Program-made: the position numbers and the translations under genes
The notes under the pieces: generated by a model
Databases searched by the model: none
What the model saw: only the letters and a program-made list of their open reading frames with translations
What the model was told of the DNA's origin: nothing
IMG/VR virus record: IMGVR_UViG_3300044634_002252
Span: 26,140 to 90,139 of that record
DNA from: a virus
Length of the DNA: 64,000 nt
Direction: 5' to 3' (one strand)
In this document: piece after piece, positions 1 through 8,495 of the stretch
Layout of the letters: the number at the start of each line of letters is the position of its first letter
How positions within the stretch are numbered: position 1 is the first letter of the stretch

Positions 1-133
1 TGGCCTGTTGGGGTTGCGTATGCCCCATTGGAAGATCTGTACTATCTAAATACCAAGCATCTAGCTCTTTTGCGAGCTGTTTGCCAATTATATTCCTGGC
101 ATTTGCATCCATGCCAAACATTTGAATAATCAA
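1..133 (-). CDS. Partial CDS (runs off window): APS-kinase/nucleotide-kinase-like N-terminus with degenerate P-loop
   Basis: Not in the ORF track. TTG at 133 overlaps the TGA of the upstream gene. Reads MIIQMFGMDANARNIIGKQLAKELDAWYLDS..., the CysC-like pattern (IIxxxGxxxxGKTTLAxxLAxxLxA) without GKT. Confidence 0.5.
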   Translation of the reverse strand, partial: MIIQMFGMDANARNIIGKQLAKELDAWYLDSTDLPMGHTQPQQA

Positions 134-372
134 TTTTCACCAACCAAACGATTCTCTATTAATCTTTCACGCTCATCTACGATCTCATATGCAAATTTCA
201 TCATCTTGTCATAGCCAACTGCATTGTCTACAATTTTTTCATAATGGTGACCACAAAACATTAGGTCTCCAGAAACTCCAGTAACCTGGACATAGGCCTG
301 AGCTCCACAACTATCGCATCTATCGGACACCGCTAGCTGCCACTCAACTTTATCATTTACCATAGTTTCCAT
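130..372 (-). CDS. Small zinc-binding protein (DUF7455-like, actinobacterial)
   Basis: DRCDSCGAQAY...LMFCGHH motif; AAGGA SD upstream. Confidence 0.7.
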   Translation of the reverse strand: METMVNDKVEWQLAVSDRCDSCGAQAYVQVTGVSGDLMFCGHHYEKIVDNAVGYDKMMKFAYEIVDERERLIENRLVGEN

Positions 373-374
373 GA

Positions 375-557
375 CTATCCTTTATTATCTGTTGAATAAA
401 ATCCGCCGCCATTAAAGGCAACACCTATAGGAGAGTATACCCTAGTTAGGGGAATTTTGCAAGACTGGCACTGTGGAAGAGATTCCTTGTCTGAAATGCT
501 TCTAACGACAGTTTTAGATAGGCCGCAGGTCTTACATTTGTATTCGTAGAGAGCCAT
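375..557 (-). CDS. FmdB-family zinc ribbon protein
   Basis: YEYKCxxCG...CxxC...F(N)GGGFYSTD signature; AAGGA SD. Confidence 0.85.
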   Translation of the reverse strand: MALYEYKCKTCGLSKTVVRSISDKESLPQCQSCKIPLTRVYSPIGVAFNGGGFYSTDNKG

Positions 558-609
558 AATTTCCTTGTTTTTAATTTATCTTTGTCACATTATTAATATT
601 GACATATAC

Positions 610-638
610 ATTATATACTAGAATAGGTCAAAAGTCAA
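610..638 (-). promoter_or_regulatory. Sigma70-type promoter for the fmdB-like operon
   Basis: TTGACT-17 nt-TATAAT on the minus strand. Confidence 0.65.
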
Positions 639-644
639 CGCTTA

Positions 645-653
645 TGCTATCAT
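645..653 (+). promoter_or_regulatory. Extended -10 promoter, leaderless start of the only plus-strand gene
   Basis: TGcTATCAT, 6 nt before GTG 660; no SD. Confidence 0.55.
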
Positions 654-659
654 TATTAA

Positions 660-1244
660 GTGACCGCCTACACTCCAGAAATTATAAGATTTCTCAATTT
701 AATCCCAGAACCCTTTGAGGCTATAATAGTTTGCTACCCAAGATCTGGGTCAACCTATTTGGGCAGATATATGGACCAAAGAGCTATGGTACATTTAAAA
801 AAGTCTCATGCTTGCGAGGTAGTGCCTGGATACAAGATAGTAGGAACCTTTAGGAAACCTGAAGAGTCCATAACATCTTTTGTCTCTATGGAAAGTTACT
901 ATCAAAATAGAACCGACTATCAGGTTATGATAAACAAAGAGATAGCAAAATATAATCAAATGTTAGATTTTTTAATTAAAAACGCTGACATCATGGTTGA
1001 TTACCAAAGAATGATTATGGCCCCAGAAGAATCTATAAAACTTGTCTGCAATGCTCTAGGCATTAATGTTAAATATCATTTTGACTACATAGATCAGATA
1101 GAAGATATGCCAAAAGACAAATTCCTAAAATCTAGTAAGTATTTAAAACAATACAGGCAAATCGAAAATATGGTTTTAGAGTCTGATCTAGAGGCTTCCA
1201 AAAATCTATATAGCATGGCCTTAAAGCTAGATAAAACTATTTAG
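660..1244 (+). CDS. Sulfotransferase-like P-loop protein
   Basis: YPRSGSTY (5'-PSB-like), KSH, FRKPEESITS (3'-PB-like), YxxMIxAPEE motifs. Confidence 0.65.
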   Translation: MTAYTPEIIRFLNLIPEPFEAIIVCYPRSGSTYLGRYMDQRAMVHLKKSHACEVVPGYKIVGTFRKPEESITSFVSMESYYQNRTDYQVMINKEIAKYNQMLDFLIKNADIMVDYQRMIMAPEESIKLVCNALGINVKYHFDYIDQIEDMPKDKFLKSSKYLKQYRQIENMVLESDLEASKNLYSMALKLDKTI

Positions 1245-1270
1245 ATTTATTATAGCAATCTTGTGCTTTT

Positions 1271-1798
1271 TTAGATATTAGACAACTGCTCTGCCTCTTC
1301 TGAGACAGAAAGTTCTAGCTTTATTCTTTCATCAATTACGCTGTAGTCATCGGACATTTTTCTTCCATTTGATAGATATCTAAAGAAAAGTTTTCTATAA
1401 TGAAAATTGCAAAAAAAGCTGTGGTGTCCGTTATCATGTCTTGTTGCTTTTACAAGACTGCTGTATCCACACCAGCACTTTCCAAAACTATTTGAAATGC
1501 CTTTTCCAGATATTTCTGGAAAGCTTTCTCTTATTAGCTCTCTCTCGTCTATGACTATTTTAGCTATCTCATCCCATTGGTCTGGTGTTCTACGAAGAGT
1601 TATATCCTTCTCGTAATAATAGTGATAGTCGCACAAAAAACGTTTACCCCTGCTACCCTCAATATAAACAGAAGCTGGAGCAACACAAGATGTATTTGCT
1701 TTCATTGGATCATCAATAATATAGTTAGTTTTTTCTGGAATAATCATTATTGGGTCAAACGCTTGGCACAGCTGATCCTCTGAGATAGATCTTGTCAT
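1271..1798 (-). CDS. Hypothetical protein with two tandem Cys/His zinc-finger modules (DUF7455-like)
   Basis: FLCDYHY...VIDERE and FFCNFHY...VIDER, echoing LMFCGHH...IVDERE of 130..372. Confidence 0.6.
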   Translation of the reverse strand: MTRSISEDQLCQAFDPIMIIPEKTNYIIDDPMKANTSCVAPASVYIEGSRGKRFLCDYHYYYEKDITLRRTPDQWDEIAKIVIDERELIRESFPEISGKGISNSFGKCWCGYSSLVKATRHDNGHHSFFCNFHYRKLFFRYLSNGRKMSDDYSVIDERIKLELSVSEEAEQLSNI

Positions 1799-1809
1799 TC
1801 TTTACTTCT

Positions 1810-2454
1810 TTATTCCGCACCCGTGGAGCCTAGCATATTCTCAGTATTATGATACCAATGTGGCATTGAGTACCTTAGTCCTGATTTTATAGGCCATACC
1901 TCATGTACATACAAAAAGTTAGACGGGAAAAATATAATACTTCCAGCTTTTGGCTTTAGCTTTACTCCAGAGTTTACAAACTCAATTTCTCCGCCATCGT
2001 AGTCATCATTCAAATACATTACCGAAGACAAAACTCTTGTTGAAATTCCCTGATCTTGATGAGCTGGAAGGTGACCACCTGGGCCATACTTTAACAAATG
2101 AATGCTTTCCTCTCTAGATTTTATGTTTTTTTCTGCAAATGGATAAATTTCTTTAGAGTAATGACTAAAAGCTTGTTCTAAAGATCCATATAGAATCTTT
2201 GAAATTTCTTTCATTTCTTTAGCATAGTAGTCATCATCAGATACGTCCTGCTGCTCTGGAAAAAATTTTTGCATATTAAAAACAGTATCGCCATACATCC
2301 AGGGAGACCACGTCTTAACAAAAGTATACTGGTCTCCATGCTCATTTGCTAAAAATCTTTTATCAATATCTTCTATTAGCTCAATAAGCTTGTCGGGATT
2401 TTCAATAGCTTCTTTGTAATATACAAGACCTAAATCTAAAATTTCATACTTCAT
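1810..2454 (-). CDS. 2OG-Fe(II) oxygenase, prolyl-4-hydroxylase-like
   Basis: HQD...YLNDDYDGGEIEF...FPSNFLYVHEV...GLRY. Confidence 0.9.
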   Translation of the reverse strand: MKYEILDLGLVYYKEAIENPDKLIELIEDIDKRFLANEHGDQYTFVKTWSPWMYGDTVFNMQKFFPEQQDVSDDDYYAKEMKEISKILYGSLEQAFSHYSKEIYPFAEKNIKSREESIHLLKYGPGGHLPAHQDQGISTRVLSSVMYLNDDYDGGEIEFVNSGVKLKPKAGSIIFFPSNFLYVHEVWPIKSGLRYSMPHWYHNTENMLGSTGAE

Positions 2455-3863
2455 CTAATTATTTCCGTTCCGTAAGTCTGCTCCCAATCAATTATATCAT
2501 TTTCATCATTGAGAAGTGGCTGTCCTTTTATGTTCAGGCTAGTATTTAAAAGCAGCGGAACTCCAGTTTTTTCATAAAACATCTTGAGCAAATCGTATAG
2601 TCCTGGGTGCTGAGATCTATTAACCGTCTGTACCCTGGAAGTACCATCCACGTGGACCACAGATGGAATTAGCTCTGGCTTTAAACACCTAGGAGTGTAT
2701 TGCATATAAGGGCTTGCATAGTCCATGTCAAACCATTCGGAGGCATGCTCCTCCATTACCACTGGAGCAAATGGCCTGAAGAGCTCTCTCTTCTTTATTC
2801 TGTTAACCTTATCCTTGATGTTTGGGTCACGTGGGTCTGCCAGGATGCTTCTGTTTCCCAGTGCTCTTGGTCCAAACTCTGCCCTACCGCTGGCTACTGC
2901 AGCAATCTGGTTTGTCATAATCTCATTAAAAATCTTGTCTACTGGATATTCTCCGCCAAGATCGTATCCAAGATAGGGTCCCTGCCAGTTTAGGTGCTTG
3001 CCGTATAGTGCAGCTGCTGCTCCAAGAGAACTTCCAGCATCTCCTGGATTTGGCATTATCCAGACATCTGGGAATATATCCCAAAGCATTGTATTAGCCT
3101 TGCTGTTCAGGGCACAGCCGCCCATAAATACTAGATTAGGACTATCTAGTTCCTGTCTGACTATGTACATAAAGTCCCACAGCCTTTCTTCGTAGACTCT
3201 TTGAACTGCTGCTGCGATATGAAACTTATCGTTGTCTGTGACATCCTGACCCCAGTCAATAATCCCTTTGTGGAAGTTATACTTTTGCTTATATACTGAT
3301 GGAAAGTACTCAGAAACTCTTTCAAAGTACAGGTCTGGATCACCATATCCTGCCATCCCCATCATGATGTACTCTTCCTCATTGGGTTTTAGCCCAAGCA
3401 ACTGTGTGAATGCAGAATAGAATAGTCCAAAACTAAATGGGTATTCCCACTTCTTGTGAAGATTAATTTTTTCTCCATCACCAATCCATACGCTAGAAGT
3501 GGCAAACTCTCCTATTGCATCCAGCACTACAATAGCTGCCTTATCAAATGGGCTCGTGTAATATCCTGCGCAAGCATGAGAGTAGTGATGCTTAAAGGCT
3601 TTATCGTATCTGTGCCATGGCTTCCAGTCCGCCTTCCCACCGTGTAGCAATAGCCTTAGCTGCTTTAGTCTTGGCTTTTCATAATATGCTATGGCATCTG
3701 GATTTCCAAACTTTAAGCCGTCATCCCAAAGAGCTTTGTTCGTGTACCAGTCATTCTTCTTCTTGCTATATCTTTCGGCATGACCTGCAAATAAAATTGT
3801 ATCCCCTTCAATTACTGCAAGTGCAGCATCGTGAGATGTCTCGTTAAATCCAAAAACTTTCAC
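2451..3863 (-). CDS. O-carbamoyltransferase (NodU/CmcH/TobZ family)
   Basis: HDAA, ER, HHYSHA, DAIGE, GGCALN, GDAG, EFGPRALGNRS, FRPFAP, DGTSRVQTV, LNTSLN. Start moved to GTG 3863 (AAGGAG SD). Confidence 0.95.
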   Translation of the reverse strand: MKVFGFNETSHDAALAVIEGDTILFAGHAERYSKKKNDWYTNKALWDDGLKFGNPDAIAYYEKPRLKQLRLLLHGGKADWKPWHRYDKAFKHHYSHACAGYYTSPFDKAAIVVLDAIGEFATSSVWIGDGEKINLHKKWEYPFSFGLFYSAFTQLLGLKPNEEEYIMMGMAGYGDPDLYFERVSEYFPSVYKQKYNFHKGIIDWGQDVTDNDKFHIAAAVQRVYEERLWDFMYIVRQELDSPNLVFMGGCALNSKANTMLWDIFPDVWIMPNPGDAGSSLGAAAALYGKHLNWQGPYLGYDLGGEYPVDKIFNEIMTNQIAAVASGRAEFGPRALGNRSILADPRDPNIKDKVNRIKKRELFRPFAPVVMEEHASEWFDMDYASPYMQYTPRCLKPELIPSVVHVDGTSRVQTVNRSQHPGLYDLLKMFYEKTGVPLLLNTSLNIKGQPLLNDENDIIDWEQTYGTEIIR

Positions 3864-3865
3864 TA

Positions 3866-4468
3866 CTACTCCTTGACGTACGGATGCTGCTCTGCATGCC
3901 AAATACTTCTGTCAACTTCTGGATGAAATTCTGGATCTAGATGTTTGGGAATGCTAGTATGCATATATAGCGCAGTATGTCTTGACCCAGACTTGATAGT
4001 TGTGATGCCATGAATGTACTCAGAGCCTGATGATGGGAAGAATACAGCAGAATATTTCCTTGGCTTGTACTCAAAATTTTGATTGGGGAAGTATATAACT
4101 CCACCATCATACTCGCTAGGATCATTTAAATAAATGATTGTGCTCCACTCTATAAATGGCTCAGGGTCTTGAGCATCTATGTGTAGATCGCCTTTAGTTC
4201 CTGGATTCCACCAAGAGCCAAACGCCTTGAATACATAAATAGGATTAGCAAATCCATTTAATTCTTTATGAACATCATTAGATTTGTGCCCATACTTGAT
4301 TAACAAATCCATTACCCTTTTATTGTATGGAAACGCTGTACCACCATACCTTTCAGAGTAGTACTCTGGGTATGGGTTTCTTTCAGATGGATTCTTTTGT
4401 TCATCAATAAGTGCCTGGGCATCCTCTGGTGTTATAAAATCATCAATGATAGTTATTCTATGCGTCAT
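3866..4468 (-). CDS. 2OG-Fe(II) oxygenase, prolyl-4-hydroxylase-like
   Basis: HID...YLND..YDGG.IYF...FPS...YIHGI...GSR. Confidence 0.9.
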   Translation of the reverse strand: MTHRITIIDDFITPEDAQALIDEQKNPSERNPYPEYYSERYGGTAFPYNKRVMDLLIKYGHKSNDVHKELNGFANPIYVFKAFGSWWNPGTKGDLHIDAQDPEPFIEWSTIIYLNDPSEYDGGVIYFPNQNFEYKPRKYSAVFFPSSGSEYIHGITTIKSGSRHTALYMHTSIPKHLDPEFHPEVDRSIWHAEQHPYVKE

Positions 4469-4481
4469 TTTTTCTCCTTCT

Positions 4482-5291
4482 TTAGTGTATTGACTTTACG
4501 TTAGATATAAACTTTCTAGAATCTATATCGTTTATCTTAAGACTATTTGGATTGTAGGGTACATCATCATTTGCATAAGGCAATGGTAGGATTGGACACT
4601 TATCTAAACCTATGTGCCTCCAAAAGCTGAGTGTAATGATGTCAAGTACTTTGCCATATTTATGTTCTATAGAAAATGTCCTATACTTATTTTCTATGGT
4701 TCTTTGATTTAAGTCTGAACCAAGACTGCTGGGAGCATTATAAACAGTATATCCATTCTCAAAACATCTGAAAGACAATAGCTCGTCTTCACCCAGATAC
4801 TTAACATATATAGGATAGCTAACTGGCTTTAGTGTGCTGGTCTTCGAAAAAATTAAATTCTTGCTTACTATATTGCTTTCATTAAACTGATCTGACTCTT
4901 CGGATTCGGAGATCACTGTAAATAAGTCTCTGTTTTTAAAGCGCTGCCTCCCAATTCCAGAGACAATAGTTTTGTCATCTTTAATAAAATCTATTAAAAT
5001 ATCGTCCCAGCCTTTTCTAACTAAGATGTCGTCTGATAATACCAAGAAATACTCTGAAGAGCTTTCGTGAATTGTTTTTGACTTGTACTCGCAAGGACTA
5101 TTTAGGTAATCCCAAAAGATATGAGTATAGGATATTTGTGGGCCAGAAAACATTTCTTTTCTGTCTAAAGGGTGTTGATCATAAACGTATATGTGAATAT
5201 CATTACTGGTTGACGCAATAAGATTGTCAACAATCTCTTTTAAAAATTTATTTTTATACGAATAAATAACGGCATCAATCGTTGTCATCAT
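4482..5291 (-). CDS. GT-A glycosyltransferase (GT2/GT60-like)
   Basis: YFLVLSDDILVRKGWDDILI and YLGEDELLSFRCFENGYTVYNAP motifs. Confidence 0.6.
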   Translation of the reverse strand: MMTTIDAVIYSYKNKFLKEIVDNLIASTSNDIHIYVYDQHPLDRKEMFSGPQISYTHIFWDYLNSPCEYKSKTIHESSSEYFLVLSDDILVRKGWDDILIDFIKDDKTIVSGIGRQRFKNRDLFTVISESEESDQFNESNIVSKNLIFSKTSTLKPVSYPIYVKYLGEDELLSFRCFENGYTVYNAPSSLGSDLNQRTIENKYRTFSIEHKYGKVLDIITLSFWRHIGLDKCPILPLPYANDDVPYNPNSLKINDIDSRKFISNVKSIH

Positions 5292-6042
5292 GACTTACCT
5301 CTGGAGATCTCTTATTAAATATGCCAAAATTCTTTTTTCTCCAAGCAAATTTTTTATAATATCCATAAAGCATTGATCGCCTATTTTCAGCCATAAGTTC
5401 ATGCTTATCTAGCTCTTCGTCAGTATCTATAACCTTTGATTCCCAGTCTTCTCTTTTAAATGGAATTATTTGAAATATTGGCGTACCCTTGGGAATCACA
5501 CCTCTAAAATTTCTCTTAAGAAAAAATGCAGTAAAGACTGGAAGTCCCCAAATATCAGACTCTACAATTCCAGATAGGGTATAAAACGGAAGGTCATGCC
5601 TGTTCATTGGTTGTGTAACTAGTACAGAGTACCCTGGAGGAGTTTCATAATACCAGTTCATCCTCCAGCCATAGTGAATTGGATGGCAATTATCTGGAAC
5701 TGGAACCTCTATCGTTGGCCTAGTGTCGACAATCATTACATCGCCCTTCCAGGACAAGACTGGGACTCCGTTTTCATCCAAGTCTACATACAGATCATCC
5801 TCTAAAACATACTGGTATCCAGCGGTTAGCGCATCAAAGAAGGGCATGCACATCTTTGTAGCTACCTGCGCTCCATCTGTTCCTAAAGAGTTTTGGGGGC
5901 TTAGGGTTTTATCACTATTTGATTTTTCAAACTTTGCCAAGCTTCTATACCATTCTGGTACATGCTTTGTAGCTGGTTGTGGTGCCGTTAGCCGATCGCC
6001 AGGCATTCTAAAAGATGGAACAAAATTAATTATGTTAGACAT
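5275..6042 (-). CDS. dUTPase-fold-like protein (DUF6065-like), paralogue 1
   Basis: PATKHVPEWY, TKMCMPFFDAL, TPPGYS, GIVESD, IPKGTPIFQIIPFKR. Confidence 0.55.
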   Translation of the reverse strand: MSNIINFVPSFRMPGDRLTAPQPATKHVPEWYRSLAKFEKSNSDKTLSPQNSLGTDGAQVATKMCMPFFDALTAGYQYVLEDDLYVDLDENGVPVLSWKGDVMIVDTRPTIEVPVPDNCHPIHYGWRMNWYYETPPGYSVLVTQPMNRHDLPFYTLSGIVESDIWGLPVFTAFFLKRNFRGVIPKGTPIFQIIPFKREDWESKVIDTDEELDKHELMAENRRSMLYGYYKKFAWRKKNFGIFNKRSPEVSHDDND

Positions 6043-6764
6043 TAATTATATTCTTTCTTTGACCTAAAGATAAGTTTATATCCATTTGCAAACATACTAC
6101 GCAGCTTAAGTCTCTGGTTTGATAAAGTTTTCTTTGAGTCTTCGGCATCAACGACCTCGGACTCCCAGCTATCTCTTTTAACTGGGATGACTTGTACTAG
6201 AGGAGTGCCACGTTTGATTACACCCTTAAATCCCTTTTCTACAATAAAAGATAGGTGACCTTCTGTAATAAATTTATCAGAGTCGACAAAAGCTGGTATT
6301 GCAGTTAATGGATAGGTGTCTCTGTGAACTGGATTTAAAAATAGGGTGCTATAGCCAGGCTCTGTCTTCATGTACCAGAAAGGCATTACCCTAAATAATG
6401 TTTCGTGTTGACGACTTTTATCTATTGGGTATTCGTCATATTGCTGTTTTTCATGGGAAGAAAACATATCTGCTTGGAATTGTTTAATTGCAATTGGTAT
6501 AGACCATGTTAACTTTTCTGGATCAGTAGCGTCTAAATAAACATCGCATGGCATAGTGATCATATAGCCAGCTGTCATTATATCAAACACTGGCATACAT
6601 CTTTTAACAGTTGAAGTAGAGTAGCCTTTTGGAAGAGTCTCGGAATCATTTACTGTGCCCTTTTGCTTTTTGTACCAATCTGGAACAAACTTTACTGCTG
6701 GCTCAGGCGGGTCTGTGTATGCGGAGGTGCCTTCACTATGTTGATAAAATCTAATCTTTGGCAT
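6042..6764 (-). CDS. dUTPase-fold-like protein (DUF6065-like), paralogue 2
   Basis: PAVKFVPDWY, VKRCMPVFD, TEPGYS, IKRGTPLVQVIPVKR. Start moved to ATG 6764 (GAGGAG SD). Confidence 0.55.
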   Translation of the reverse strand: MPKIRFYQHSEGTSAYTDPPEPAVKFVPDWYKKQKGTVNDSETLPKGYSTSTVKRCMPVFDIMTAGYMITMPCDVYLDATDPEKLTWSIPIAIKQFQADMFSSHEKQQYDEYPIDKSRQHETLFRVMPFWYMKTEPGYSTLFLNPVHRDTYPLTAIPAFVDSDKFITEGHLSFIVEKGFKGVIKRGTPLVQVIPVKRDSWESEVVDAEDSKKTLSNQRLKLRSMFANGYKLIFRSKKEYN

Positions 6765-7422
6765 AAAACTCCTCAATTCCTAAATCTATTATAGCATTCC
6801 TGGGAATTATCATATCGTAAATAGGCGATAGTCTTTTGACTTTTCCAAACTCATTATCTATCATATGACTGCCTTCTTTTTTAAATCTAAAAGGTATCAT
6901 AAATGGCTCTAAATACCTTGTGTCTTCAGGAATTTTAATGCAATGTCTTGTAGTTTCAAATATCTTAAATGCAGACTCTTCTTCTGGAACTACAAATCTA
7001 ACCTCACAGCTTGAATCGATTATCCAAGGAGTATAGGCCACAAAAGTATCTTCAAAGCACTCCGAGTCTAGGCCTGCAACATATGACGATCTATAAAATT
7101 GTCGCAACCATGGCCTATCTAAAAACTTTCTCTCTTTATTATTTACTAAAATAAAAACTTCTGCATGACTATATTGCCTCAGTCTAATAAAATTATCATC
7201 AATGCCGATTAGCTTTGGTGCTGGATAAAGAGCCTCTGCGTATTTATTAATTGGCTTTATTACGCTGTTCTTGTATTTTTCCAATGACTTTATTTTTTGA
7301 AAACTTAGCCACTTTTCTGGAACTCTAGAATTAAAAGAAATTTCTACAAAGCTTGGATCATATGTTGACTTCCATATTCCAAAATCATAGTCAGTATTAT
7401 TAAGTATTTCTGGTTTATCCAT
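6751..7422 (-). CDS. Hypothetical protein, possibly a divergent third dUTPase-fold-like paralogue
   Basis: VPEKW, TPWII and GKVKRLSPIYDMII resemble the neighbours' motifs; start at MDKPE. Confidence 0.45.
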   Translation of the reverse strand: MDKPEILNNTDYDFGIWKSTYDPSFVEISFNSRVPEKWLSFQKIKSLEKYKNSVIKPINKYAEALYPAPKLIGIDDNFIRLRQYSHAEVFILVNNKERKFLDRPWLRQFYRSSYVAGLDSECFEDTFVAYTPWIIDSSCEVRFVVPEEESAFKIFETTRHCIKIPEDTRYLEPFMIPFRFKKEGSHMIDNEFGKVKRLSPIYDMIIPRNAIIDLGIEEFYAKD

Positions 7423-8128
7423 TAGGGCCTGCAATTAAAACAGATATGAAATCTGACTGGTTAATCTTCATGCTAAGAACTTTATCAATAACGGCAGACA
7501 CGCTATCTCTGACTATTGTTTGATCTATCATGGTGACATTAATTCCAATTCCTACGGGATGATGCTTTCCAAAAACAGTTTGAATATCTTTTAAAATTTC
7601 TATGATTTTAGAGTTGTCGTCTTTTCTATTTTTAACTAAAAATAAATATGAAGTATGACTTTGCTTAACCCAATCAAACTTTTCTAGCCTGCCTTTTGAA
7701 GACGAACCTGGAACATCATCTTCGAATATAAAAGACTTGCCACCTACTCCAAGTATAGCAGGCAAGGCTGAAATAATTGATGGTCCTGGAATTACCTCAA
7801 CTGGAAGGCCTTGCTCATGAGCAATAACAATTATTTTGCCACCTGGATCTGCTACTCCTGCCATCCCATCGTCTGGGCAGATCAAAACATTTTTGTTGTT
7901 TTTTAGTGCTTGAATAACTTCCAAAATTATTGGAACCTCAGACTCTTCGTCCATTGGGGCGTAGTACTCAATTATAGCGCCAGACGGAACAATAGCTAAG
8001 TCTTTGCAAAGATTGTCAAACATATATCTATTTTCTACTAAAACAATGTCACAATCTTTTATCGCAGATATCATCCTAAGACCAACGTCTAGCCTATTGC
8101 CAATGTCTACTCCGCCAACGATTAACAT
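7415..8128 (-). CDS. RsmI-like SAM-dependent methyltransferase (tetrapyrrole methylase fold)
   Basis: LIVGGVDIGNRLD (cf. LYLVATPIGNLED), VLVENR, DDGMAGVADPG (cf. SDAGTPxISDPG), VEVIPGPS, FIFE. Confidence 0.75.
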   Translation of the reverse strand: MLIVGGVDIGNRLDVGLRMISAIKDCDIVLVENRYMFDNLCKDLAIVPSGAIIEYYAPMDEESEVPIILEVIQALKNNKNVLICPDDGMAGVADPGGKIIVIAHEQGLPVEVIPGPSIISALPAILGVGGKSFIFEDDVPGSSSKGRLEKFDWVKQSHTSYLFLVKNRKDDNSKIIEILKDIQTVFGKHHPVGIGINVTMIDQTIVRDSVSAVIDKVLSMKINQSDFISVLIAGPNG

Positions 8129-8143
8129 CTGTTCCTTTCTTTG

Positions 8144-8215
8144 AGCCTCCTGTCAGGATTGAACTGACGACCTACGCATTACAAGTGCGTTGCTCTACCA
8201 CTGAGCTAAAGAGGC
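8144..8215 (-). tRNA. tRNA-Thr(UGU)
   Basis: Cloverleaf GCCTCTT/AGGAGGC, anticodon loop CTTGTAA, GTTCAATC; no encoded CCA. Confidence 0.95.
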
Positions 8216-8216
8216 G

Positions 8217-8289
8217 TACTCCCAACGGGATTCGAACCCGTGCTACCGCCGTGAAAGGGCGACGTCCTAGGCCACTAGACGATGAGAGC
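8217..8289 (-). tRNA. tRNA-Glu(UUC)
   Basis: GCTCTCA/TGGGAGT, loop CTTTCAC, GTTCGAATC; no CCA. Confidence 0.95.
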
Positions 8290-8293
8290 AGTG

Positions 8294-8367
8294 CGACCCT
8301 GACCAGACTTGAACTGGCGACCTCCTCCGTGACAGGGAGGCGCTCTAACCAACTGAGCTACAGGGCC
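8294..8367 (-). tRNA. tRNA-Asp(GUC)
   Basis: GGCCCTG/CAGGGTC, loop CTGTCAC, GTTCAAGTC; no CCA. Confidence 0.95.
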
Positions 8368-8370
8368 CTT

Positions 8371-8420
8371 GTCCACTTTTATCCCTTCTCTCTGCGGGAG
8401 TGGTGTAGACTAAACCATTA
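8371..8420 (-). ncRNA. Candidate structured RNA, copy A (pseudoknot plus hairpin), between tRNA-Gly and tRNA-Asp
   Basis: UAA-UGGU-UUA-GUCUAC-ACCA-C-UCCC(N10)GGGA-UAAAA-GUGGAC; covaries with copy B. Confidence 0.65.
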
Positions 8421-8421
8421 G

Positions 8422-8492
8422 AGCGAATGGAGAGAATCGAACTCTCACCGTCAGTTTGGAAGACTGAGGCACTACCACTATGCAACATTCGC
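8422..8492 (-). tRNA. tRNA-Gly(UCC)
   Basis: GCGAATG/CATTCGC, loop CTTCCAA, GTTCGATTC; no CCA. Confidence 0.95.
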
Positions 8493-8495
8493 ATT

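Noticed and set aside
585-605. Leader micro-ORF MSILIM upstream of the fmdB-like gene
   Set aside because: The ATG is only 4 nt from the -10 box, probably upstream of the TSS; no other support.
8185-8421. 78-aa plus-strand ORF
   Set aside because: It is the antisense reading of the tRNA genes.
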